Positions 38,201-50,842 of a stretch of DNA of 64,000 nt are shown one piece after another. Under the pieces are notes generated by a model. It was given only the letters and a program-made list of their open reading frames with translations, did not search any database and was not told the origin of the DNA. The stretch is from Bilabrum cf. latius (Eukaryota). The position numbers and the translations under genes are program-made. The stretch lies in assembly GCA_965178125.1 (NCBI GenBank), contig OZ237753.1:372001-436000 (forward strand), given 5' to 3'. How positions within the stretch are numbered: the stretch's first letter is position 1; the number at the start of each line of letters is the position of its first letter.

Positions 38201-41200
38201 AGGTCTGGGCCTTGCAGCCTTGATTCGAGCTAGACCTGCACAAGCCCTCCAACGGACAACTCACACAGCCGAAGCATTTGGACAGCTCCCACCCTGGTCC
38301 CATTCGATTCAGCAGACGGCAGACCAATTGCAATCGTGGTGCAGTTCCCACTCGAAGACTGAGAAGCCCACAGGCTGAGGAGGGGAGAAATCTCGTCCAT
38401 GCCATCGAGTGCGCCCGCGCTGAGGCCTCCAGCCGAGCCTGGCAGCATCGATGAGGTAGGTCCAAGAGGCACTTGCGTGATTGGGTTGAGCTGCGTAGCA
38501 AATACCGCCTGATTCTAGGCCTACTGCAGCTCTCTACGGCTGCTTTGGCCAGTGGAGCCGCGTCGCGCCAGCATGCGACGAGCGTCGCGGTCACCCTGCG
38601 CGGCCACTACCATGATCTTGCGGCCACCACCCAACTGAGCCACGGTCATCGATTCTACGTATCCTTCGGTGGGCATGGAAGCTGGTCGTGCAGCGATTGA
38701 GCCATTCCCAAAAGTGCTCTGAATGGTCGCCTCAAAAACCGCCTCCACTGGTCCCGGACTAGGCGATATGCTGGGTGTTGACGATACTGATGGCGTGGGG
38801 CTGGAGCTCGGGCTGCTGCCAAGTGACGGCGAGGATGACGGGGTGTTGCTGACCGACGGACTCACACTCGAGCTCGGACTGCTGCTGACGCTGGGGCTTG
38901 AGCTGCTTGTCGGGCTTGAGCTGCTCGTAGGACTGGAGCTGCTCGATGAGGTAGGGCTGGAGCTCGGGCTGCTGCCAAGCGACGGCGAGGCTGACGGGGT
39001 GTTGCTGACCGACGGACTCACACTCGAGCTCGGACTGCTGCTGACGCTGGGGCTTGAGCTGCTTGTCGGGCTTGAGCTGCTCGTAGGACTGGAGCTGCTC
39101 GATGAGGTAGGGCTGGAGCTCGGGCTGCTGCCAAGCGACGGCGAGGCTGACGGGGTGTTGCTGACCGACGGACTGCTGCTCGGTGAGGAAGTTGGGGTGA
39201 CGGACGAAGTAGGTGAAGGAGACGAGCTTGGGCTAGGCACCGACCCGCCCATGATCGCGATCAGGAATGCGCCGTCTCCAGATGATTCTACCGTCTCCCC
39301 AGGCATGCCTATCGCCAGATCGTTGCGACCGTCCCCGTCCACATCGCCCAGCAGCGCAATCGACTGCAGCTGCTCACCACCACCAGTGATAGGGTCAATG
39401 AGCGGATGGGCAATGTTGATCTCCACCACGCCCACGGCAGGCTCAAGCGGATCAGCGGCATCCGGATCCAGGAAAACCAGGAAGATGGCGCCTCCGTTGG
39501 TGTTATCGCCCGAGTCGTCCTCACTCGCACCGACAGCCAAGAGATGCTGACCAGATTCGCCTATTGTACCCAGGTATTCCACGTCAGAGCCAAACTGCGA
39601 AGAGGATGACACGTCGCCTGTAGATAAGCCCCCCGCTCCGCGGCCAATCCTCACTAAATCACTCTCTGGAGTCACGGTCCCACCTTCGCCAATGCTGACC
39701 AAAATTACTCGCTCTGCAGCTACGTCTCCGATTGCCAGCTGCACAATCGCTGTGCTGTTCGGATCAAATACCGGCATTGCAGTCAGGCTTCGTCCAATAC
39801 CGACATAGCTCGATCCTAGGGCGCTCAACCCATCCGTGCTAGCTCTTGATATCTTAGAGTACCCTTTCGCTGTGTCGTTGGCGCGCATAAAGAGTATATA
39901 TACAGCTCCATCGTCACTACCAGCTCCTCTGGCGTTAGGCGCTCCCACCGCCACGTCATTTAGCTAGTCCCCATCGAGGTCTCCGATATCGCCCGCAAAG
40001 GAGAGACCAAACAGCTTATCAACATTATCGTGGAAGTTAGTGCTTTCCAGCCCGCCCTGCAGGCCATCGATAGGCTGCGCATGTGCCACGGTGCCATCGG
40101 GCCACAGCCGTAGCACCCACAGTCGGCCTGCATCCGATGCAGTCCCGATGGTAACTCTCGGCTGTCCCACCAGCAGCCGGAGCAAGTGGGGATCATCTCC
40201 ATTGGGCTATATCAGGGTACCCACCGATCTTCCGAATTCCCCGCTTGAGGCCAAAGTCTCATTCAACCCACCAGAGAGCGACGAGATCTTCTGCACGCGC
40301 TTAACCATGCTGTCTGACTGCAGGAACACCACATACACGGCCCCAGCATTCGAGTTTCCATCGTCATTGTACCTCGCTCCAACAGCCAGATCAGGCACTC
40401 CATCCCCGTCTAGATCGCCGATGCCATGCAAACGACAGCCCAGGTCATCTCCCGACCCCACAAAGCCAGTGGGAAACCCAGCCAAGCCACTACCGACCTC
40501 AGTCACACGCACTATCTCACCAGCCGCGGCAGGACTGGGCGATGGGGTAGCAGTGGGCGTGACGCTTGGAGTAATGCTGGGGGTGGGACTCGTCGAGGGC
40601 GTGATACTAGGTGTTGGGCTATTGGAAGGAGTTGAAGATGGACTGGGGCTTGGGCTAGGCACCGATCCGCCCATGATTGCGATCAGGAACGCCCCGTCTC
40701 CAGAGGACTCCACTGTCTCTCCCGGCATGCCCAGCGCCAGGTCATTGCGCCCATCCCCATCCACATCGCCAAGCAGTGCTACTGAGTGCATCAACTCACC
40801 GCCTCCTGTAAGCGGGTCAATGAGCGGATGGGCAATGTTGATCTCCACCACACCCACGGCAGGCTAAAGCGGGTCAGCTGCTTTCGGATCTAAGAAGATG
40901 AGGTAGGTGGCACCTCCGTTGGTTCCAGCGCCGGAGTCGTCCAACGGAGCTCCCACAGCCAAGACTACCTGTCCCGATTCGTCCATTTGGCCCAAATATT
41001 GAACCAGATGACCAAATCGCGTGTTACCTGCTACATCGCCTGATACGATGCCGCCTACTCCACGGCCCAGCTGCACAATCGAGCTGCCAGAAAAAACTGA
41101 CCCGTTGGAGTCTATTTCTACGAGAAGTATCCTCTCCGTCACAACTTCACCAATGATGAGTGTGAACACCGCCGTACTGTTGGCGTCAAACACAGGCATG

Positions 41201-44200
41201 GCTGAGATCGTCCGGCCAATCCCGTCATAGCTCGATCCAAGCAAAGACAAACCGCCCGTTGCTGCCCTAGAGATCTTACTGTACGAGCGGGCGGTGTCGT
41301 TGGCGCGCATGAACAGAATGTACACAGCACCATCATCACTTTCAGCGCCACTCGCCTATCTGCCCCCTACGGCAATATCATTAATTGAATCACCATCCAA
41401 ATCACCGATATCACCTACAACGTCTGATCCAAACGTCTTATCATCGGTGTCGTGGAAGTCCGTATGCTCCAGCCCGCCCTGCAGGCCATCGATAGGCTGC
41501 GCATGTGCCACGGTACCATCGGGCCACAGCCGGAGCACCCAGAGTCGGCCTGCATCCGTCACTCCTCCGATACTGACTAGCTCTTGCCCAACCAGCAGTC
41601 GCATTATGCCGGGATCATCTCCGTACGGCTGATGTAGAGTGCCAAGAGAGAATCCAAACTGCCCTTCAGCTTGAAGCGTCTCGTTTAACCCACCAGAGAG
41701 CGACGAGATCTTCTGCACGCGCTTAACCATGCTGTCCGACTGCAGGAACACCACGTACACGGCCCCAGCATTCGTGGCCCCGTCGTCATCGTTCATTGCA
41801 CCCACAGCCAGATCAGGCACTCCATCCCCGTCCAAATCGCCGATTCCCTACATTCGCTCGCCGAACATATCTCCAGATCCTGTCAGACCGGAAGGGAAGC
41901 CTGCCAGCCCACTCCCGACCTCCGTCACACGCACTATCTCACCGGCCGCGGCAGGACTCGGCGAAGGAGTGGCGGTGGGCGTGATGCTTGGAGTGATGCT
42001 GGGTGTTGGGCTTGTCGAGGGCGTAATACTAGAAGTGGGACTACTGGTGGGCGTGGGGGAAGGAGACGGGCTCGGGCTAGGCACCGACCCGCCCATGATC
42101 GCGATCAGGAACGCCCCGTCTCCAGATGATTCTACCGTCTCCACAGGCATGCCCAAAGCCAGATCATTGCGACCGTCACCATCCACATCGCCCAGCAGCG
42201 CAATCGACTGCAGCTGCTCACCACCACCTGTCAGGGGGTCAATGAGCGGATGGGCGGTGTTGATCGCCACCACCCGCTGCACAGGCTGCATTGGATCAGC
42301 GGCAAGCGGATCCAGAAACAGCAGGAATACAGCGCCCCCGTTGTTGCCATCACCAGAATCATCACCATTGGCTCCGACCGCCAGCACCACTTGCCCCGAC
42401 TGGTCCATAGCTCCCAGGTACTCTACATCAGCACCGAAGCCGCTAGAGGACTGCACATCCCCAGTCGAGATCCCGCCAATACCACGGCCCAGCTACACGA
42501 CAGAACTTCCTGCCAACACAGATCCGTTCAAGTCGATCTGCGCGATTGCCACCCGCGATACGGTACCGTCAGTGACACAAAGCTGCAGAACTGCAGTGCT
42601 GTTCGGATCAAACACAGGCATTGCCGCGAGACTGCGACCAATCCCGTCATAACCCGACAAGGCACTCAGCCCGTCTGTTGCTGCCCTTGAAAGTTTGCTG
42701 TACGCGCGGGCCGTGTCGTTTGGGCGCATGAACAGAATGTACACAGCACCATCGCTGGAAGATACACCTTGCGCGTCAGGAGCGCCTGCGGCGATGTCAT
42801 TGATCGAGTCACCATCCAAATCACCGATGTCGCCAATCACGTCAAACCCAAAATTCTTATCATCATTGTCGTGGAAGTCTGTATGCTCCAGCCCGCCCTG
42901 CAGGCCATCGATAGGCTGCGCATGTGCCACGGTGCCATCGGGCCAAAGACGGAGCACCCATACGCGACCGGCTCGTGACGCCGCCCCGATGGTCGCATCC
43001 CATTGCCCCACCAGCAGCCTAGTCAGCTCTGGGTCGTCCCCATACGGCTGTTTCAGAGTGCCAAGAGAGAATCCAAAATCTGCTGCAGCTTGAAGCGTCT
43101 CATTCAACCCACCAGAGAGCGACGAGATCTTCTGCACGCGTTTCACGCTGCTGTCCGACTGCAGGAACACCACGTACACGGCCCCGGCATTCGAGTTTCC
43201 ATCATCGTCGTACGTCGCTCCAACAGCCAGATCGGGCACTCCATCCCCGTCTAGATCCCCGATGCCCTCTAGGCGATTCCCGAGGTAGTCGCTTGGTCCC
43301 ACAAGGCCACTGGGAAACCCAGCCAAGCCACTCCCGACCTCAGTCACACGCACTATCTCACCGGCCGCGGCGGGACTTGGTGTTATACTCGGGGTCGGAC
43401 TGATACTCGGCGTGATACTTGGGGTGGGCGTTGGGGTAATGCTGGGTGTTGGGCTGCTCGTTGGGGTAATGCTGGGTGTTGGGCTATTTGACGGCGTCAC
43501 GCTGGGTGTCGGGCTATTTGATGGCGTTATGCTAGGCGTAGGACTGTTTGACGGCGTGATACTAGGTGTTGGAGAGTTGGACGGCGTCTGGCTTGGTGTT
43601 GGGCTTGGGCTAGGCACCGACCCGCCCATGATCGCGATCAGAAACGCGCCGTCCCCAGAGGACTCCACCGTCTCCACAGGCATGCCCAAAGCCAGATCGT
43701 TGCGACCGTCCCCATCCACATCGCCCAGCAGCGCAATCGACTGCAGCTGCTCACCACCACCTGTCAGGGGGTCAATGAGCGGATGGGCAATGTTGATCGC
43801 CACCACCCGCTGCACAGGCTGCAGTGGATCAGTGGCAAGCGGATCCAGGAACAGCAGGAATACAGCGCCCCCGTTGGTGCCATCACCAGAATCATCACCA
43901 TTGGCTCCAACCGCCAGCACCACTTGCCCCGACTGGTCCATAGCTCCCAAATACTCTACATCTGCGCCAAAGTCGGTAGATGGGTCAATAGCTCCGATCG
44001 AAATGCCTCCAACACCACGACCTAATTGCACAATGGAACTGCTGCCTACGACTCTACCGAACGAATTGATCTGACATAGAACGGCTTGCTCCGCCTGCCT
44101 GTCGCCTAAGATCAGCGTAAACACAGTCGTGCTGTTCGGGTCAAACACAGGCATCGCTGCCATGCTGAAACCAATGTCCTAGAATCCAGATGCCAAGGAG

Positions 44201-47200
44201 CTAAGCCCATCGGATGCAGCCCTCGAAATTTTGCGGTAGTACCACACGGTATCATCGGTACGCATGAACAGAATGTACACGGCGCCATCGTTTAATGAAT
44301 CACCCTCTGCATCAGGCGCTCCCACTGCCACATCATTCAAGCTGTCGCCGTTAACGTCTCCGATCGTGCCGATAACATCTGAGCCAAAGCGCTTGTCGTC
44401 ATTATCATGGAACGATGTCCACTGCAGCCCGCCTTGTAGGCCATCGATTGGCTAGACGTGTGCAATTTTGCCATCGGGCCACAGCCGGAGCACCCATAAA
44501 CGCCCTGATTGCACTGCACTCCCAACGGTAGCTCCTGGCTGCCCTACTAGCAGCCGAGGCATCTCAGGATCCTAACCGTAAGGCTAATGCAGCCATCCAA
44601 CAGAAGCACCGAACTCACCGCTACCCTCAAGCGTCTCATTCAGTCCACCCGCTAGAGCCGAGATCTTCTGCACGCGCTTAACCGTGCTGTTCGAACGAAG
44701 GAACATCACGTACACCGCCCCAGCATTCGAATTTCCATCGTCATCGTACCTGGCTCCAGCAGCCAGGTCGGGCACACCATCCCCATCCAGATCCCCGATG
44801 CCCTGCAGGCGCTCACCCAGCGAATCGCCAGCATCCACGAGTCCGCTGGGGAAGCCTGCCAGGCCGCTGCCGACCTCATTTACACGGACAATGTCTGCAG
44901 CAGAGGCTGGGCTAACACTTGGAGTGGTACTGGGAGATGGAGAGACGCTCGGTGTAGGTGAAGACGATGGAGTGACGGAGGGGGTCACACTCGGGGTCGG
45001 GCTAGCCACAGCACCACCCATGAATGCCACTACCATCGCACCCCTCCCGACCCCACCGGTTGCATCTCCTGACATGCCGAAAAGAATATCGACACGACCG
45101 TCTCCATCAATGTCTGCATGAGCATTGCCAACACGAACCTCGCCGCTAACTTGTAGGATGCTGCTCAATCCAGCTGTTGTAGCCGTCAGCTTGGTGAAGT
45201 CACGCACAGGGTTCGTTGCGTTGTGTTCTGCCATGTACAGGATGTACAAGGCACCCTTGTCGGTGCCACCTGTATCATCGAGAGGCGCATCCACCACCAA
45301 GTCGAATATGCCGTCCCCATCCGCATCGCCGAGCGATCCAGCCGAAAAGCCGAAGAATGAGCCGCTAGCAATGGATCCGCTCGGCATGCCACCCAGCCCA
45401 TCACCGATCACGTGCACTGTGCTATTGATATTGCCAGTTGTGCCTTCAGCCAGCGAGAATAGAACCAGCACCTGGTCGCTGTCGGATCCAAGCGCCACGT
45501 CAGCAACACTGTGCTCGCTGCGTGGCGGCAGGACGCACATGGAAGACCCCAGGCGGGGCCGAGACGGTGACAAGCTGTTGAGTCCTTCTCCAACGACCTG
45601 GCTGATTCTTGCGTGAACACGCACCGTATCATCTCCGTTCATGTACAGGACGTACAGTGCGCCCATGTCCGCGCCGCCGGCATCCGCATCTCTAGCAGAC
45701 ACCAAGAGATCCCGATACCCATCGCTGTCTACGTCGCCCACGGATCCATCCACGCGTAATCCGAAGAGGTCTCCTGCAGCATTTCTGCCCGATGGTAGAC
45801 CGCCCAAACCATTGCTGATTGCCTGCGTGTAATTGACAGTGGCGTCCGCGTTTACTCTGAACACGAGTACGCGGCCACCGATGCTGTGCTGCGGCTCTCC
45901 AACCACTACCCTTGGCAGGCCAGGGTTGACACCACCAGGCTAGTCCAAGCGAGATACACTGTATCCCATCAGTCCGTTTTCACTTGCGATGTAGCTGGCT
46001 CCGCCCTACGTGCTCGAGATCTCCTGCGAGGCCCTGACCGTGCCGTCGCTGTTCATCAGCAGCACCCACAGCGAGCCAGAGTTGGAGGCCCCGTCATCGC
46101 CAAAAATGGCTCCAACAGCAACATCTTGCACACCATCTCGGTCGATGTCACCAACGGCTGAAAGCGCAAACCCGAAACCGTCAGAATTCTGCAACGACGG
46201 TGCACCGGGACCGCCCACTCCGTGCCCGATCTTGACCGCGGTTCTGACCACCCCGGGTGCGGCCGGGGTGGCTGTGGCTGAGCTAGTGGCGCTGGGTGTC
46301 GTGCTTGCCGTGATGCTTGGTGTGATGCTCGGCGTCGTGCTCGGGGTGACACTCGAGGTCACGCTCGGGGTAGGTGATGTACTAGGCGACACACTCGGGC
46401 TGGCAAACAGTCTATGGTCCACGCGCAGCTCCAAGATGTACACCGCGCCGGTTCCGGCAGACTCGAACTGAGCCGTATGTGCGCTCACAGCAATGCGCAA
46501 GCTGCCAGCTGGCACGGATGTATCGTTGCCAAGGACTGCAACACCGACACCAAAGCCAGCCGATGTAGTCATCAGTCCGCTAAGCACCGAGTCTGTGGAG
46601 CGACTCAGCCTCGTGAGCGACACTGCGGATAGCGTCGCACGGTCAAGCCCGATCAGTACCAGCTGGCCCCCTGAGCAAGCGCATCCCACTGCAATGTACG
46701 GGTATCCATCTTGCTTGATTTCCCCAAGGTATCCCGCCGAGAGCCCGAACGCGCTGCCGTCACTGAACTCGCTGACACCGATTCCACCGAGTCCGTTGGC
46801 CAGAACAGCGTGGGTCCGCACGTACACGGTGCCATTCACATGCATACTAAGGCGAGGTATCACAAGAGCGCCTCGCTCGGTCCCGCCCATACCCGATCTT
46901 GCTGCTCCAACCAGCAGGTCCACAGTGCCGCCGTAATCCAGCGAAGGCATGCTGGATCCACCGTAGCCCATGTCTGACACCCCAGCCGCCAATCCAGTGA
47001 GCCCACTGGCGCCCGAAATCTTCAAGTAGTCCTTCACCGTGTCGTCCCCGTTCAAGAGCAGCACGTAGATTGCGCCCTCGTTATTGCCAGCATCATCATC
47101 CCCCTTTGCGCCCACGACTGCATCGAACAGCCCGTCACCATCCAGGTCATCAGTGCCATCGACGTACCTGCCAACCTCGTCATTCGAATCCCACAAGCCC

Positions 47201-50200
47201 GAGGGGATGCCATTCGCGCCGTTACGCCAGCGAATGTGAGAGAACACTTGCCCTTGCGCATTCAGCCGAAGCACGTCGATGCCCACTCCACCCGGAGCGT
47301 CCCCGAAATGGTCCGACACAAGCAGGCGAGTCGCGTTCGGGTCATCACCATCTGGCTGTCCGTGCCTCAGGCTTCCGATTCCGGTGGCATAATGCGTCCC
47401 GATGGATTGACCAGAGAACCCACCCTACCCCTCCGTGATCAGCGTGAAGCTCTCAGCGGTCCCTGCCTCGTTCAGCAGAAGGACAAACACCTTGTCGTCA
47501 AGATTGGCGCTCGCTGCCACGTCCTCGTAGCCGTTTCCGTCGATGTCTCCCAGCGGTGCCATTGACCGGCCTAGCTCGCCCCCAGTACCTACGGCACCGC
47601 TAGACAGACCACCTACACCGTTCGCGATCGCCGTTCCGGACACGAATGCCCCAACAGCAGCTGGTGTAGCGGAGACGCTGGATGTCGGCGAGATGGATGG
47701 TGTCGCGGACGGTGTCGGGCTAGAACTAGCAACGGAGCCCCCCATGAACACCACTACAGCTGCCCCGCGATCAGTCCCACCCGTGCCATCCAAGGGAATA
47801 CCCAGCACAAGATCTATGCGCCCATCTCCATCAATGTCTGCATGGTTTGTGGCAGGCCTCATGTGCCCTCCTGCCTGGACTATCCCATCCAGACCCGTCG
47901 TAAGCCTAGTGAGCTTGACGTAGTCACGAACTGGATCGGTAGCGTTGTGCTCAGCCATGTACAGGATGTACACGGCGCCGCTGTCAGTACCACCAGCATC
48001 GTCACCATGTGCATCTACTACCAAATCAAAGACAGCATCTCCATCTACGTCCCCAATTGCTCCCGAGGCCGCCCCAAAAAACGACCCGCTCTAGATGGCC
48101 CCGCTGGGCATGCCGCCCAGCCCATTCCCGATCACACGCACCGTGCTATTGACCTTGCCATCAGAGCCGAGCGAGAAGAGTGCAAGAACTTGATCAGGTG
48201 CGGCCCCCAGCACCACGTCAGCCACAGCGCCTGTGGTTCGTGGCGGCAGCACGCACATTGATTCGCCGAGGTACAACCGCGAAGGAGATAGGGCGCTCAG
48301 CCCTTCCCCTGTTGCCTGGCTGATTCTGGACACACTCCGCACCGTATCATCTCCGTTCATGTACAGCACGTACAAGGCGCCCAGGTCGGTTCCACCTGCG
48401 TCAGCAAAGGTTGCAGACACCAATATGTCGCTGTAACCGTCACCATCCACGTCACCGACCAGCCCGCTGACCTTTGCACCGAACTAGTCGCCAGCCGCGT
48501 GAGTACCAGAGGGCAGCCCACCCACCCCGTTGCTGATTGCCTGCGTGCTATTCACGGTGGCATCTGGATTCATCCGGAACACAAGCACGCGGCCACCCTC
48601 ACTATTTGTTGGCTCGCCCACGACCAGTCTCGGGACGCATGGCTGCGTTGCTCCACAAAGGATCTGAGACACTGAAATACCGAAGTTGCCATCGACTGCT
48701 GGTGTGTAGCTGGCCCCGCCCTACGTGCTCGAGATCTCCTGCGAGGCCCTGACCGTGCCGTCGCTGTTCATCAGCAGCACCCACAGCGAGCCAGAGTTGG
48801 AGGCCCCGTCATCTGAAAGACGCGCCGCAACGGCAATATCCGGAGTACCATCCCCATCAATATCACCGACAGTAGCTGTGGTGTGCCCCAAAACATCCGA
48901 GTTCTCAAGCGACGGTGCACCGGGACCGCCCACTCCGTGCGCGATCTTGACCGCGCTCCGGACCACCCCGGGTGCGGCCGGGGTGGCCGTTGCAGTGCTG
49001 GACGGGGACGACGACACGCTCGGAGTGGTGCTTGCCGTAATGCTTGGTGTGACCGAGGCAGAAGCAGTGCTACTTGGGGATGATGAAACGCTGGGTGTGA
49101 CGCTGGGTGTGGGACTGGTGCTGGCTACCGAGCCTCCCATGAGTGCCACCATGATGGCACCGCGGTTGGTCCCACCCGTGTCATCCAGAGCCATCCCAAC
49201 TATTAAATCCACGCGCCCGTCCCCGTCGATGCCGCTATTGAAGCCACCCACGCGCAGGTGCCCTCCTGCCTGAACTATCCCACTCAGGCCCGATGTCAGC
49301 CTAGTCAGCTTGGTGTATTCACGAACTGGATCGGTTGCGTTGTGCTCAGCCATGTACAGGATGTACACTGCGCCGCTGTCAATGCCACCGGTGGTGTCCG
49401 CTGGTGCTCCAATCGCGATGTCAAAGACTTCGTCACCGTCAGCGTCGCCGATCGAGCCAATGGAGTATCCGAATGCAGACCCACTCGCGATCGAGGCGCT
49501 GGGCATGCCGCCCAGCCCATCCCCAATCACATGCACTGTGCTGTCCACCCCACCGTTGGGCTCGAGCGAGAAAAGCACGGCGATCTGAAGAGTAGGAAAC
49601 CCAATGACTACGTCAGATGCTGCATCAACCGTGCGAGGAGGTATCACGGTCACGGCTCTCGGGTGCTGTCGGGATGGAGACAGCACGTCCAGCCCCTCCC
49701 CAGTAGCCTGGCTGATCCTGGATACGGCTCGTACGGTGTCGTCTCCATTCATGTACAGCACAAACAGAGAGCCTAGGTCGGCTCCACCTGAGTCTGCGGA
49801 CCGAGCCACCACCAGCACATCGTTGTAGTTGTCGCTGTCAACGTCGCCCACGAGGCCGGACACCCCACTCCCGAACTCGTCGCCGCTCGACGTGGTGCCA
49901 GACGGCAGACCGCCCACGCCGCTGCCGATCACCTGCGTGCTGTTCACGGTGGCATCTGGATTCAACTGGAACACAAGCACGCGCCCGCCACCGCTGTGAC
50001 CCGGCTCGCCAGCTACGAGCCTGGTCAGCCCAGGGTGCTCGCTCTCGGCCCAGGACTGCACCAGGTGGGACACGCTGTAGCCTAAGAAGCCGAATGCTGA
50101 CGCCGTGTAGCTGGCTCCGCCCTGCGTGCTCGAGATCTCCTGCGAGGCCCTGACCGTGCCGTCGCTGTTCATCAGCAGCACCCACAGCGAGCCAGAATCA

Positions 50201-50520
50201 GTCGCCCCGTCATCCGCAAAGAACGCTCCAACTGCCACATCAGGAACCCCGTCACCGTCCACGTCAGAAATAAACGCAGCCGACTCCCCGAAAATGTCAG
50301 AATTCTATAGAGATGGGGCTCCGGCGCCACCCACTCCGTGCGCAATCTTGACAGCGGTTCTCACCACGCCAGGTGCTGCTGGAGAGCCCGAAGGGGAAGT
50401 GCTGGGCGTGGGGCTGCTGGACGCCGACGTTTGCAGCCTTCGTCGCAGTCCCTAAGTATCCATGTCTGACGCAAATGTTAGGGCAATTGTGCATGCCAGC
50501 CAGATGGACATGGATGACAT
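29260..50520 (-). CDS. Giant intronless FG-GAP propeller / REJ / GPS / multi-TM polycystin-1-like receptor, copy 2, about 7,086 aa
   Basis: ATG at 50520 ([23 protein letters not shown]). 25 listed minus-strand ORFs share one frame. The internal ORF ends and gaps I checked contain only TAG (not every gap was re-read). TGA at 29260-29262. Nine FG-GAP modules, then a body nearly identical to copy 1. Confidence 0.88.
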
Positions 50521-50659
50521 GCTTTCGACCTCGCAGTCAAATCGGAAATCGAAATACTGTTCTGCAGTCTATAGCCGTGAAATTTTCGTACAGCTCCTGC
50601 AAGCCGGCCCTTAAGGAAGCAAAATGGTACACTTGCTATGTACACTGTCGTTCAAACCA
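29272..50659 (-). repeat. Right arm of the inverted segmental duplication, longer because of five extra propeller modules
   Basis: Reverse-complement match to 11575..26147, with extra blocks at about 40.6-46.3 kb and about 47.9-49.3 kb. Confidence 0.93.
38800..39180 (-). repeat. 156-bp (52-aa) Ser/Pro linker tandem expansion specific to copy 2
   Basis: gacggggtgttgctgaccgacggact at 38837, 38993 and 39149. Confidence 0.88.
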
Positions 50660-50842
50660 ATGCAAGATTTGGCCGTAAATAAAATTTATGCAAAGCCAGC
50701 GAACTTCTGTATGCGGTTCTAACCCACTAGCACCTGTTTTGGTCGCAAACTGTCGCAACGCGCACTTCTCAGTGTAGTTCACAAACATAGTTGTAATACA
50801 ATCAAACAATATTGGTACAGCCCAGTACAATCGCAGTGAAAG

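Noticed and set aside
11712-50520. The giant genes are pseudogenes riddled with nonsense mutations or RIP-like C-to-T changes
   Set aside because: Decay would also give TAA, TGA and frameshifts, and I found none in the parts read. Most TAGs are shared by both copies, and TAG also occurs in single-copy genes.
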